Source: Alphaproteobacteria bacterium (lineage in GTDB: Bacteria; Pseudomonadota; Alphaproteobacteria; CALKHQ01). Taken from it: a stretch of 64,000 nt of DNA. Below are positions 27,946 to 38,373 of this stretch, piece by piece. Location of the stretch: NCBI GenBank assembly GCA_965227515.1, contig CBDDFZ010000001.1:1600001-1664000 (forward strand), in the 5' to 3' direction. The first letter of the stretch is position 1. Every line of letters begins with the position of its first letter. The notes under the pieces are model-generated. The model saw only the letters and a list, made by a program, of their open reading frames with translations. It was not told the origin of the DNA and ran no database searches. The position numbers were made by a program, and so were the translations under genes.

Positions 27946-27961
27946 AGCAAGGTATGTGCCA
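27946..27961 (-). promoter_or_regulatory. Sigma54 promoter of the TorT-like ABC operon
   Basis: Minus strand TGGCAC-ATACC-TTGCT, a full consensus match. Confidence 0.75.
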
Positions 27962-28193
27962 TGCGGTTCGCGCGTGCGGTGCAGCAATGGCGGCGGGGAA
28001 GGGGCGCGCACGCGCCGATTAATCGCGGTCGTTGCGCATCGCGGCATCGTTTGCACGATCCGCAGGCAGCGGCTGGGCGCGGCCCAATCGCACCATGCGG
28101 CGGGCATGGTGTGGGATCGTGCGCGCCGATCGGCTATTCCTGGGTGAGCCCGGCAATTCGGCCAAGGGGGCGACCGAACAAGTGGGGGGAACG

Positions 28194-29123
28194 ATGATCT
28201 GCTGGACCGCATTGCGGCGCGCTCTGCTGGCGACGGCGCTGTTGGCGCCCGGTGCCGCCGGTGCCCAGGATGCCGACATGGCGGTGGGCGAGGTCGTTCA
28301 GGACTGCCCGCGCTGCCCGCCGATGGTGGCGATACCGGGCGGCGACTTCATGATGGGCTCGCCGCGTGGCGAGCCGGGGTCGAGCGGTCGCGAACAGCCC
28401 CAGCACCGGGTGACCGTGCCGTCGTTCATGCTGGCCATCCACGAGGTGACGCGCGCGCAGTTCCGCACCTTCGTCGCGGCCACCGGCCACGTGTCGGAGT
28501 CCTGCCAGGTCTACGACGGCAACCAAGTGTCCGTAGAGCGCGATCTGAACTGGGAAAATCCCGGCTTCGTGCAAGAGGACGACGAGCCGGTCGTTTGCAT
28601 CGGCGGCGCGGCGGCCCAGGCCTATGTCGACTGGCTGGCGTCAGAGACCGGCATCGCCTTCCGGCTGCCCAGCGAGGCGGAGTGGGAATACGCGGCGCGT
28701 GCCGGCACCGAGACCATGCGCTACTGGGGCGACCTCGCCGACGAGGGCTGTGCGTTCGAGAACATGGCCGACGAGGCGGCCGCGGTGGGGTTGGACTGGA
28801 ACCGCACCGTCGGCTGCAACGATGGCTTTGCCCACACCGCGCCGCCCGGGTCGTTCGCGCCGAACCCATTCGGTCTGTACGACATGCTGGGCAATGTGTC
28901 GGAATTGACCACGGATTGCTGGAACAACAACTACATCGTGCTGCCGCCGACCGACGGCAGTGCCTGGGACAGCGGCGAGTGCGGCTCGCGGCCGGCGCGC
29001 GGCGGCAATTGGGGGTCCGACGACCGCAATTTCCGCGCCGCCTACCGCGTCAGCATCTCCTTTGCGGGCAATGGGTCGAGCGCGGTCGGATTTCGCATCG
29101 CGCGCGACATTGCGCCGGAGTAG
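28194..29123 (+). CDS. Secreted FGE-sulfatase (SUMF1) domain protein
   Basis: FMMGS, RLPSEAEWEYAARAG, NPFGLYDMLGNV, GFRIAR. Confidence 0.92.
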   Translation: MICWTALRRALLATALLAPGAAGAQDADMAVGEVVQDCPRCPPMVAIPGGDFMMGSPRGEPGSSGREQPQHRVTVPSFMLAIHEVTRAQFRTFVAATGHVSESCQVYDGNQVSVERDLNWENPGFVQEDDEPVVCIGGAAAQAYVDWLASETGIAFRLPSEAEWEYAARAGTETMRYWGDLADEGCAFENMADEAAAVGLDWNRTVGCNDGFAHTAPPGSFAPNPFGLYDMLGNVSELTTDCWNNNYIVLPPTDGSAWDSGECGSRPARGGNWGSDDRNFRAAYRVSISFAGNGSSAVGFRIARDIAPE

Positions 29124-29159
29124 CCGAGCGTCGCGAGCGCGTGGTGCGCTCGCGGCCGT

Positions 29160-31232
29160 TCAGGCTGCCTTGCGTTCGGTCTCGGCCGCTGCCTCGGCAT
29201 CTGCCGCCGCTTCGGTCGAGGCCAGGCTGTGCTGGAGCTTCGCGCGGGTATCTTCGTCGATGTCGAACTCGATGGCGCGGGATAACTCGGTTGCACGGAC
29301 CACGCGGCCGGCGAACTCGCCCAGCGCACTGATCCTGAGCTTGATGGCATTGCCCTTCTGGATGCCCTCGACCGCTTCGATCTCCGCGCCGCCGGCGGAC
29401 ACATCGTTCAGCCGGCATTCCCGCCATTGGCCATTCACAAATACCTCGGTCGGCGAGCAGATCTGCACGCGCTTGTACTTGCGGCGGTTGCCGGCCCGCG
29501 ATTCGCGCAGGATGGTGGTGATCTGCGCCTGAAGCGCCGCGACAGACTCGTTGACCTCACTGGCGTTGCCGCGAACCTGATCCGCCAGATTGCCGGAGTC
29601 CTTGGTCGCGGTGGTCACTTCGTTGATGCCGCTGGAAACATCGTTGGTGCCGCCGGCTGCTTCTGCGGCGCTGCGTGCGATTTCCTGGGTCGCTGTCGTC
29701 TGCTGCTTCACCGCACCGGCGATGTTGCTGGTGATCTCGCTGACCTCGCCGACCGTACTGCCGATCTGCTGGATCGCCGTCACCACCGCGCCCGTGGCGT
29801 TCTGGATGGCGTCGATCTGCCGGTCGATCTGTTCGGTGGCCTTGCCGGTCTGATTGGCCAGGCTCTTCACCTCCGATGCGACGACGGCAAAGCCCTTGCC
29901 CGCGTTGCCGGCGCGCGCTGCCTCGATGGTCGCGTTCAGGGCCAGCAGGTTGGTCTGCTCGGCGATGTCGTTGATCAGGGTGACGATAGCTTCGATCTCT
30001 TTCGCCGCTTCGTTCAGGCTGCTCACCATCTCGCCGGAGCGGGTGGCTTCCTGCACGGCGCTCTCCGTGATCGTCGTTGAGCGGTCGACCTGCCGGCTGA
30101 TCTCGGCAATGCTGCTGGACATTTCCTCAGCCGCGCTGGCCACGGTCTGCACGTTGGAGTTGGTTATCTCCGCCGCGGACGTCACCGACGCGCTGACCGC
30201 GCTGGCGTTCTGGGCAGAGGCGTTCATCTCGTCGGCCAGGCCCTGCATGTCGCCGGCCTTTTCCTGAATGATGCCGACGGCGACGCGGACTTGCTGGTCC
30301 AGCGCATCGGACAGGGCCAGCATCTCGCGACGCACTTTTTCGCTTGCCTCGGCTTCGCGGGCTTTTTCGGCGCCTTGCATCTCTTTCAGGCGAATCATCG
30401 AACCCCGCAGGCGTTCGATGGCCCCGCCGATCTTGCCAATCTCGTCGCGAGACTGGACGTGGCACGACACCGTGGTGTCGCCATCGGCCAAGCCGTCGAT
30501 GGCGGCCACCGAGCGAAGCAATGGCCGGATCATCATTTCCGCCATGAAGATACCGATGCCGACCGCCGCGATTACGCCCACGGCCAATGCGGCCCAGAGC
30601 ACGATTTCGGCGGTTTCCTCGTGGGCTTTGGCGGTGGCCGCTGCGGTGGCGGAGTGTTCGCGCAGGTCGTGCAACAGGCCGCTCAGCATGACGTCGAGAT
30701 TGTCGGCATGCGCTTCCAGTTCGATGGCCATCTGGCGCGCCTCGCCGAACGAGCCGGCCCGCATGGCCTCGAACAGCCTGGCCGCCTCGTCGTTGAACGC
30801 CGCGTGTTCGGTTTCCAGGGTCGCAAGGGCGTCGCGGACCACGACGAATTCCGATCGTGCCTCGGCATCGCCGTCGCGCTGCAATATCTCCTCTGCAAAG
30901 GCGCGCCCGGCGGCAAATTCCTCGTCAACCTTGGCGGCCAACGCATCGAATGCCGAGACGGTGGCGTCGAAGTGCTCGGCCGCGGCCGGGTCGGAACCCA
31001 TCTGCTCGCCGAACCGCAATGCGCGTTCCATCTGCACCGTTTGCTCAAGCTGGTGGACGGTGATCTCGGTGACCACGCCGGTCATCGGAATGTTCTCTTC
31101 CGAAATCTGGTTCAACTCTCCACCGATGCTGCCGATTTGAAATTGCGCGTAAAGGCTGATGGCCAGCAACAGTAGAACGCCGAACGCGACCTGGAACATG
31201 GTCTTGGTGCGGATGGAAAGATTCTTGTACAT
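29160..31232 (-). CDS. Methyl-accepting chemotaxis protein with C-terminal PilZ domain
   Basis: Two TM segments, HAMP, IAEQTNLLALNATIEAARAG; C-terminal RRKYKR and DVSAGG. Confidence 0.92.
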   Translation of the reverse strand: MYKNLSIRTKTMFQVAFGVLLLLAISLYAQFQIGSIGGELNQISEENIPMTGVVTEITVHQLEQTVQMERALRFGEQMGSDPAAAEHFDATVSAFDALAAKVDEEFAAGRAFAEEILQRDGDAEARSEFVVVRDALATLETEHAAFNDEAARLFEAMRAGSFGEARQMAIELEAHADNLDVMLSGLLHDLREHSATAAATAKAHEETAEIVLWAALAVGVIAAVGIGIFMAEMMIRPLLRSVAAIDGLADGDTTVSCHVQSRDEIGKIGGAIERLRGSMIRLKEMQGAEKAREAEASEKVRREMLALSDALDQQVRVAVGIIQEKAGDMQGLADEMNASAQNASAVSASVTSAAEITNSNVQTVASAAEEMSSSIAEISRQVDRSTTITESAVQEATRSGEMVSSLNEAAKEIEAIVTLINDIAEQTNLLALNATIEAARAGNAGKGFAVVASEVKSLANQTGKATEQIDRQIDAIQNATGAVVTAIQQIGSTVGEVSEITSNIAGAVKQQTTATQEIARSAAEAAGGTNDVSSGINEVTTATKDSGNLADQVRGNASEVNESVAALQAQITTILRESRAGNRRKYKRVQICSPTEVFVNGQWRECRLNDVSAGGAEIEAVEGIQKGNAIKLRISALGEFAGRVVRATELSRAIEFDIDEDTRAKLQHSLASTEAAADAEAAAETERKAA

Positions 31233-31452
31233 TGCAATACTTACCCCGTCCTGAGTAGCATCTCGTACCCGTTCGATGTGACGCCAGCAGCGTTTCAACA
31301 AGACTTGCCGTGGGCAGTATTGATAATGTTGCCCCAAACCCTGGTCGAAAACACGCTGCCCTGCCTAGTTTGGCGGCAACACTCGAACCTGGTCGGCCGT
31401 CGTCTCGAAATCGCCCCGTGGGATCACAAGTATGTCGATGTAACAAAGGCGG

Positions 31453-31468
31453 GTTATGCGACGGTTAA
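31453..31468 (-). promoter_or_regulatory. CtrA-like box upstream of the MCP
   Basis: Minus strand TTAA-N7-ATAAC. Confidence 0.4.
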
Positions 31469-31738
31469 TGGCTGGGAATTAGTTGGATGATCGGTCATAG
31501 ATCGGCCGTTCTTGGGTAAAATGGCCCAGGACATTGAACTGTTCTACAAACAGTAGTTGCATGAGTGCGGGTGTGGCGATCGGTCGGCTGCCGCGCCGGC
31601 ACCCCGCCATCACGTTTTGGTGGCCGGCGGGGTGAGTTTCCAAGCCCGATGTAATATGGTCAGCCGCGAAACGCCTTCCCCTGGCCGTCCCGGCGGGTGC
31701 GTGGGCCGTGGGGAATACGCAACAGGGAGTGCCGGTCA

Positions 31739-32989
31739 ATGAACTTTCACAGGGATGTGGTCGCGCGGGCGGCGGCCGCCTTCGCGTTGCCTTGGCTCGC
31801 GTCGGCGTCGGCATTTGCCGCCGAGCCCAGCACCAAGGGTATCTTCGACCGGCTGCAGGGTGGCGAGCCCTTCACCCTGATGATCGAACGCCCGGGCAGC
31901 ATCGTCGACATCACCTCGCTGGCGATCCTCGAGGACGGCCGGACCTGGATCTGCGGCTATGTCGAGGACCTGGGCGGCAGTTTCGCGGAGGGCTATCTGG
32001 CACTGCTCGATCAGGACGGTGCCATCGAAATGGAGAAGACCTATTCGCTGGGCGACACGCTGACTCATTTCTGGTGGGTGGCGGACCGCGCCGGTGGGGG
32101 AGTCGCGGTGGCCGCGGTGCTCGAGCAGTTCACCGAGGCGACCAGCGGCGCCGTGGCGCTGATCGATGACGCGGGCCGGGTCGAGCACTCCGTGGGCCTC
32201 GCCGACCTGGGTTACGACTACGGCGAGATCATCCATGTCGCGATGGCGCCCGACGGCGGTATGGTGATTACCGGCGCCGCGGCGAACCACACGGGCGCGA
32301 TGAATATTCTGGTCAGCCGGCTGAACCCGGACCGCACCCAAGCCTGGAGCGAGATCGTGTCGGCCCGCGCCGACTATCTGGATATCTGGGGGTACCAATC
32401 GGTGGTCCTGCACGATGGCGGCGTCGTGTCGCTGGGCAATGCCGCCGACGACACGTTGCAGAACGTGGGCTTGGTGACCCGGTTCGACGCCGCCGGCAAC
32501 ATGGTGTGGCAGCAGTGGGCCGACGGGCAGGCCAACTACACCCACAAGCAGGCCGCGTACGTCTACGCCAACTGGCTCGCGGTGCTGGAAGGCGGCGATA
32601 TCGCCTATGTGCTGACCGAATATGACCGGGCAGACTTTGTGGTCGCCGCGCGCGTCGTGCGGGTGGCGCCGGACGGCCGCATCGTGTTCCAGACCGAATT
32701 GCGTGTCGGCGGAGAGGCCAACCCGATCACCGTGGCCGGGGCCGCAAATGGCGACATCCTGATCGCCGGCGACCTGTTGAGCCCGCAGCGGCCGTTCGTC
32801 AGCCGCGTGGACGGCGACGGGCGCCTGCTGTGGTCCACGGAGCTCGACATCGGGCTGGATGCCTATGCGTGGGCGATCGAGGAGGCCGAGGACGGCTCGA
32901 TCGTCGTTGTCGGCGGGCAGTACGGCGACGCCAGCGGATCGGCGGGGTGGGTCGCCCGGCTGACGGCCGACGGCGAGGCGGACATTTGA
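31739..32989 (+). CDS. Secreted beta-propeller-like hypothetical protein
   Basis: Signal peptide; repeated DGG.V.G and D..G...W blades. Confidence 0.65.
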   Translation: MNFHRDVVARAAAAFALPWLASASAFAAEPSTKGIFDRLQGGEPFTLMIERPGSIVDITSLAILEDGRTWICGYVEDLGGSFAEGYLALLDQDGAIEMEKTYSLGDTLTHFWWVADRAGGGVAVAAVLEQFTEATSGAVALIDDAGRVEHSVGLADLGYDYGEIIHVAMAPDGGMVITGAAANHTGAMNILVSRLNPDRTQAWSEIVSARADYLDIWGYQSVVLHDGGVVSLGNAADDTLQNVGLVTRFDAAGNMVWQQWADGQANYTHKQAAYVYANWLAVLEGGDIAYVLTEYDRADFVVAARVVRVAPDGRIVFQTELRVGGEANPITVAGAANGDILIAGDLLSPQRPFVSRVDGDGRLLWSTELDIGLDAYAWAIEEAEDGSIVVVGGQYGDASGSAGWVARLTADGEADI

Positions 32990-33012
32990 CAGGCTGTTAA
33001 GGCAGCGCGCGC

Positions 33013-34044
33013 TCAGCCGAAGGCGATCAGGGTCTTCATGGCCTGAGAGCGGTCGTTGGCGGTGGCGAAGGCGTTTTCCGCATCGGCCAGCGGCACGGTG
33101 TGGGAGATCAGCGGACGGACATCGATCAGCCCGGCGCGCATGAACTCGACCGCCAGCGGGAACTCCGCGTGAAAGCGGAATGAGCCCCTGACGCTCAGTT
33201 CCTTGGCGGTGACCAGGCCCATCGGCACCGTCATGTCGCCACCCAGTCCCAATTGCACCACGATGCCGCGCGGCCGCACTACGGCGAGGCCCGCGGTCAG
33301 TGCGGCGACCGCGCCGGAGCATTCGTAGAACACGTCGAACTGGCCCTTGTCGGCCCGCCACTCGGCCAGCCCGTCGGGGTCGCCGGCCATGTCGACGGTG
33401 CGGTCTGCGCCGGCCTTCTCGGCATAGGTGAGCGCATTGGCGGCAACGTCGGTGGCCACGATCTCGGCCGCGCCGGCGCGGCGCGCGGCCATGATGCACA
33501 GGCAGCCGATGGGCCCGCACCCGGCGACGAGGACCTTCTTGCCCAGCAGATCCCCGGCCTGCCGGGTCGCATGCAGCGCGACCGCCAGCGGCTCGCCCAT
33601 CGCGGCCTCGCCGTCGCTGAGGCCATCGGCCGGGATGCACTGCGACGCCTCGACCACCAGCAGCTCGCGAAAGGCGCCCTGCACATGCGGGAACGGCATC
33701 GCCGAGCCGTAGAACTTCATGTCCAGGCAATGATTTGGCGCGCCCTCCAGGCAGTAGCGGCAGGTGCCGCAGGGTCGCGACGGATGGATCGCCACCAGGT
33801 CGCCGCGGGCGAGCCCGGCGACGCCCTCGCCGAGGGCTTCGACACGGCCGGAGACCTCGTGGCCCAGCACCATCGGCTCCTTCAGCACGATCTGCCCGAT
33901 GCCGCCGTGATTGTAATAGTGCAGGTCTGACCCGCAGATGCCGCCGGCCGCCACCCGCACCAGAACCTGGCCCGGCCCGGCGCGCGGCGTCTCGTGCTCC
34001 TCGATCCTGAGGTCCTTGGCCCGGTGAATGACGATCGCGCGCAT
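33013..34044 (-). CDS. idnD: L-idonate 5-dehydrogenase-like Zn-dependent dehydrogenase
   Basis: GGICGSDLHYY, GHE, FYGSAMPFPHVQGAF, GSFRFHAEF. Confidence 0.85.
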   Translation of the reverse strand: MRAIVIHRAKDLRIEEHETPRAGPGQVLVRVAAGGICGSDLHYYNHGGIGQIVLKEPMVLGHEVSGRVEALGEGVAGLARGDLVAIHPSRPCGTCRYCLEGAPNHCLDMKFYGSAMPFPHVQGAFRELLVVEASQCIPADGLSDGEAAMGEPLAVALHATRQAGDLLGKKVLVAGCGPIGCLCIMAARRAGAAEIVATDVAANALTYAEKAGADRTVDMAGDPDGLAEWRADKGQFDVFYECSGAVAALTAGLAVVRPRGIVVQLGLGGDMTVPMGLVTAKELSVRGSFRFHAEFPLAVEFMRAGLIDVRPLISHTVPLADAENAFATANDRSQAMKTLIAFG

Positions 34045-34101
34045 GGTATCGGCCGCCTGTGCTGAAAAAAGCCTGGTTCGTAACCGCATTTGCGCCCGCG
34101 C

Positions 34102-34117
34102 TTAACGTCTCGTCAAC
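34102..34117 (+). promoter_or_regulatory. CtrA-like box upstream of the flagellin-like gene
   Basis: TTAA-N7-TCAAC. Confidence 0.4.
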
Positions 34118-34171
34118 CCAATGGGGCGCATGTTGAATGCGGCGCAAAGGGCGCCCGGAGCTAGGCTTTTC

Positions 34172-35239
34172 ATGATCGGTGTCTTCTTTAACGGAGTCAC
34201 GTTTTCTGATCTGACGCGCAGCCTGACGGCCAATTCCAAGGCCCAGGCGTTTTTGCGCGCGCAGAGCTTTGCCCCGAATACCGACCAGCAGGACAAGTTG
34301 GCCGAGCAGGAGCGGATCGCCCTGTCCAAGTCGAGCCGTCTGCGCGAGCGCTCCGAGGATCTGATCCGCAAGAAGATCGGCATCCAGAATGCCGCCGACG
34401 ACCTGGACTCCACGGTCAGGAAGGCGCAGGAAATACGGATCAAGCTGGGCGACATGCGCGACCTGGCCTATTCCGCCAAGAACGCCGACCCCGACGCCAA
34501 GGCGCTGCTGGCCAGCGAATTCGACAACATGATCGACGAGGTCGCCGACCTGGCCGACGATGGCGGCTCGGTTGGCCGAAACCTGATCGGCGACGTGTTC
34601 CGCACCAGTTGGCTGACCGATACCATCTCCTACTACACCACCCAGTCCGAGGGTAGCCGGCGGACGGTCCAGGGCCAGTATCTCGGGTCCGACTACCGGA
34701 TCGATCTGGCCAACGGCAACCAGTGGGTTCCCGACCTCAAGGGCACCACCTTGAGCGAGTATTCGCTCTATCCCGACGACATCGAACGCGATGTCGGCCT
34801 GGGCGACATCGCGGTGCAGAGTTTCGACCGCGACACCGGCGCCATCTCGTTCTCGGTCGAGGGGTCGGAGACGGTGAGCGGCACGCTGGAGCGTGGCGGT
34901 GTCGGCGTGCTGCACTCCTGGCTCTACGGCAATTTCCAGGACGACGCGTCGATCGATACCGCGATCGAGGACCTGGACGCTGCCATCACGAAGGTCGATC
35001 TGGCGACGCTGGAGTTCAAGTCGAACGAAGTCATCGCGCGTGGCCGGGCGCGGGCGGCGGATCGCAATATCGAGAACCTGAACGACGAGGCGCTGCAACT
35101 GGAGCTGGACGCCAGCGGCGCCCGTATCGAAATCCAGCTCGCCGAGCGGGTGCGCAACTCCATCGTCAATCAGCAAATCAACGGCGTCGTCAGCGGCCCC
35201 TACGCCGCCAACCTGCTGTCGTCCCTGTTCGATCTGTAG
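34172..35239 (+). CDS. Divergent flagellin-like hypothetical protein
   Basis: LGDMRDLAYSAKN...EFDNMIDEV...NLIG and AIEDLDAAITKV resemble flagellin D1 helices around a central beta-rich insert. Confidence 0.5.
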   Translation: MIGVFFNGVTFSDLTRSLTANSKAQAFLRAQSFAPNTDQQDKLAEQERIALSKSSRLRERSEDLIRKKIGIQNAADDLDSTVRKAQEIRIKLGDMRDLAYSAKNADPDAKALLASEFDNMIDEVADLADDGGSVGRNLIGDVFRTSWLTDTISYYTTQSEGSRRTVQGQYLGSDYRIDLANGNQWVPDLKGTTLSEYSLYPDDIERDVGLGDIAVQSFDRDTGAISFSVEGSETVSGTLERGGVGVLHSWLYGNFQDDASIDTAIEDLDAAITKVDLATLEFKSNEVIARGRARAADRNIENLNDEALQLELDASGARIEIQLAERVRNSIVNQQINGVVSGPYAANLLSSLFDL

Positions 35240-35503
35240 CCGCATCGCGGGCCCTGCGGCCCGTCGGGCTTGTTTCCAGCGCTTATCCGAGTCACCATTC
35301 GACCTGGGGGAAGGTTCCGAAAAACGGGACGCTTCGCGAATGTGTGCGTGCAGGGGGAATGCCGGCGGGATCGCACCTGCCGGGATCTGCTGAAAATTCG
35401 TTGACCGAAACCTCTTGTTGCCTGCGTGCTTTGGCATGCAGCGGCAGGCCGCGTTTCGGTATCGGTTGCGCGGGCGCATTGGCACAACTGCAGGAGGCCT
35501 GCC

Positions 35504-36247
35504 ATGTCGCTGATGGAGTCGTTCGCCAACAAGGTGGGCTCGGCACTTGCCGGACCCGTGCAGCGCTCGGCCGGCAAATATGGCGGGCATTGCACGTTTG
35601 CGTTTACCCAGTGCCGCCCGCCGGTCTCGTCGTTGATCGCATTGGACCCCGGAACGTCCGGCGGCATTTGCGAGGCGCTGTCGGCACACTGGATCGTCTA
35701 CCACGCCAGGCAGGATTCGCTGTGGAACTGGATCATCGGCAACGGCAACATCAACCTGGCCCGGATCCATCAACACGTGATGCCGCTGCAAAGGCAGGGA
35801 ATCCTGAGCGACGACCAGGACGCGGTGACCGAAGCCTGGCTGCGCCAGCAGGGGATCAGGCGGATCCAGGGCAATATGGTGATGAACCCGTCCCGGACCT
35901 TCGGCGATACGTTCGTGCAATTCCGGGGCACGGCGGGTGCCGCGATGCAGGAGGGGACCACCAGCTTCTTCAACCGGGATGCGTTGGCCAGGGCGATCCT
36001 GCTGGACACCACGGGCGGCGCGGGCAGCTATAAGAAGCTGGGACTGTTCGGCAAGGCCGGCGAGCATGCCATGGCGCTGTGGGTGGCTCAGGACGTCGTC
36101 TTTTTCGACCCGAATTTCGGTGAGTTCTGGTTCGCGGACCGTGCCAAGTTCTTCAACTGGTTCACCAAGAGCTTCTGGCACCGGTCGCTCTACAGCGTCG
36201 GTCTGAGCGGCCGCTACGAACTGCTGCCCTACGCCAAGGCGATCTGA
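35504..36247 (+). CDS. YopT/AvrPphB-type cysteine protease (peptidase C58)
   Basis: GICEALSAHW (Cys), EHAMA (His), FFDPNFGEF (Asp); GGAGG RBS. Confidence 0.85.
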   Translation: MSLMESFANKVGSALAGPVQRSAGKYGGHCTFAFTQCRPPVSSLIALDPGTSGGICEALSAHWIVYHARQDSLWNWIIGNGNINLARIHQHVMPLQRQGILSDDQDAVTEAWLRQQGIRRIQGNMVMNPSRTFGDTFVQFRGTAGAAMQEGTTSFFNRDALARAILLDTTGGAGSYKKLGLFGKAGEHAMALWVAQDVVFFDPNFGEFWFADRAKFFNWFTKSFWHRSLYSVGLSGRYELLPYAKAI

Positions 36248-36281
36248 CGGAACCTCGTCGCGCGGTTCTGGGCTGGGTTAC

Positions 36282-36986
36282 TCAGGCGATCCCGAACAGC
36301 GCGGGCAGGCCTTCCAGGCTGTCCAGTATGGCCACCGGGGTGCCGGGCAGCCGCTCAGGCGCCTGGCCGAAGCGGTTGATCCACACCACCCGGAAGCCGA
36401 AGTGCGCGGCGCCGCACACGTCCCACGCGTTGGACGACATGAAGCAGATGCGCTCCGGCGCTGTGCCCAGCGCATCGACCGCCAGCTGGTAGACCCGCCG
36501 GTCGGGCTTGTAGACGCCGAGGTCCTGCACCGACAGCACCGCCGTCATCTCGCCGGCGATGCCCGCGTTCCCAACCGCGGACGCCAGCATCTTCGGCGCA
36601 CCGTTGGACAGGATTCCGCACTTCAGGCCGGCGCCGGTCAGCCGCTTCAGGGTCGATGGCACCTCCAGATAGGCGTCGAGCTGCAGGTAGAGGTCCATCA
36701 GCCGCTGGCGCAGCGCCGGATCGGCGATGCCCAGGGTTTCCAGCCCATAGTCCAGCGCGTCGCCGGTCACCTGCCAGAAGTCGACATACTCGCCCATCAG
36801 CGAGCGCAACCACGTGTACTGGAGCTGCTTGTCGCGCCAGATCTGCGCCAAGGGGGCCGCGTTGTCGCCCAGCGCGCCACGCTCCCGCGCCGCCGCGGCG
36901 GCCACGTCGAACAAGGTGCCGTAGGCGTCGAACATGCAGGCGTCGATGGCCGCGGTCGACAATCCATGCTCGCCGGGTGCTGACAC
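36282..36986 (-). CDS. Haloacid dehalogenase type II
   Basis: FDAYGTLFD, WRDKQLQYTW, ILSNG, YKP, SSNAWD. Confidence 0.93.
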   Translation of the reverse strand: MSAPGEHGLSTAAIDACMFDAYGTLFDVAAAAARERGALGDNAAPLAQIWRDKQLQYTWLRSLMGEYVDFWQVTGDALDYGLETLGIADPALRQRLMDLYLQLDAYLEVPSTLKRLTGAGLKCGILSNGAPKMLASAVGNAGIAGEMTAVLSVQDLGVYKPDRRVYQLAVDALGTAPERICFMSSNAWDVCGAAHFGFRVVWINRFGQAPERLPGTPVAILDSLEGLPALFGIA

Positions 36987-37101
36987 GGGCGCGCTCCTTT
37001 GCTTGGTGGGGGAAATCGCGCAGCGACATTGACCGTGCGCGCGCGATTGTGCAAGAGCATGGCCCGCGCACGCTGCCGGTCAGTCCACTTGGGAAACCCC
37101 C

Positions 37102-38373
37102 GTGAGCCCCTTCGATATCGCCGCTATCCTGGTCGTGCTGGCCGCCCTGTTCGGCCTCGCCAACTACCATTTCCTGAAGCTGCCCACCACCATCGGCCTG
37201 GTGGTGATCGCGCTCGCCGCATCCCTGGTGGTGCTGGCCATCGACCAGATCTTCACTTTCGGGGCGAGCGAGGAAATGACCGCGCTGCTGGCCGAGGTGG
37301 ATTTCTACGACGCGCTGATGAACGGCATGCTGGGGTTCCTGCTGTTCGCCGGCGCGCTGCACGTCGACCTTTCGCAACTGGCCGCGCAGAAGCTGGTGAT
37401 CGCGCTGATGGCGACGATTGGCGTGCTGCTGTCGACCGCCATCGTCGGTACCGGCTTCTGGCTGATGACCGATGTGGCGATCCTGACCGCGCTGGTGTTC
37501 GGCGCCATCGTCAGCCCGACCGATCCGGTGGCGGTGCTCGGCCTTCTGAAGACGGTGAAGGTGCCGCACAGCCTGGAGACCAAGATCGCCGGCGAGAGCC
37601 TGTTCAACGACGGCGTCGGCGTGGTGCTGTTCCTGATCCTGACGGCGATTGCCTTCACCGCTACCTCGGGTGCGCATGGCGACGAGGAGATCGATGCCAT
37701 GGCGGTTGTCGAGCTCTTCGTGTGGGAGGTCGGCGGCGGCGTGGTGATCGGCGGCGTCGCCGGTTACATCACCTATCGCGCGCTCAAGCGGGTCGACGAA
37801 TACAATCTGGAAGTCATCATGACGCTGGCGCTGGTGATGGGCGTCTATTCGCTGTGCCATGCGTTGCATGTCTCCGGGCCGATCGCGGTGGTGGTGGCGG
37901 GCCTGTTCATCGGCAACGCGGGCATGAAGTTCGGCATGTCGCAGAAGACCCGCGAGCACGTGCAGACCTTCTGGCACCTGATCGACGAGTTGCTGAACGC
38001 GGTGCTGTTCCTGCTGATCGGGCTGGAGGTGTTCGCGATTCCGTTCTCGTCCGATGCGGCCTGGGTAGCGGCACTCTGTATTCCGCTGGTGCTGCTGGCG
38101 CGCTTCTGCGCGGTCTCGGGACCGATCAGCTTGTTGAAGCTGATGGGACGGCGGTTCACGCCGGGCGCGATCCCGGTGCTGACCTGGGGCGGGCTGCGCG
38201 GCGGCATCTCGGTGGCCCTGGTGCTGTCGCTGCCGGCGGGACCTGACAAGCCGCTGCTGATGACCGCCTGTTACGCGGTGGTGCTGTTCTCCATCATCGT
38301 GCAGGGCCTCACCATCAAGCGTGTCATCACCCGCTGCGTGCCGCAGAACACCGGCGACAGGCACCCCTATTGA
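37102..38373 (+). CDS. Na+/H+ antiporter, CPA1 (NhaP-like)
   Basis: SPTDPVAV, GESLFNDG, WGGLRG. Confidence 0.93.
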   Translation: MSPFDIAAILVVLAALFGLANYHFLKLPTTIGLVVIALAASLVVLAIDQIFTFGASEEMTALLAEVDFYDALMNGMLGFLLFAGALHVDLSQLAAQKLVIALMATIGVLLSTAIVGTGFWLMTDVAILTALVFGAIVSPTDPVAVLGLLKTVKVPHSLETKIAGESLFNDGVGVVLFLILTAIAFTATSGAHGDEEIDAMAVVELFVWEVGGGVVIGGVAGYITYRALKRVDEYNLEVIMTLALVMGVYSLCHALHVSGPIAVVVAGLFIGNAGMKFGMSQKTREHVQTFWHLIDELLNAVLFLLIGLEVFAIPFSSDAAWVAALCIPLVLLARFCAVSGPISLLKLMGRRFTPGAIPVLTWGGLRGGISVALVLSLPAGPDKPLLMTACYAVVLFSIIVQGLTIKRVITRCVPQNTGDRHPY

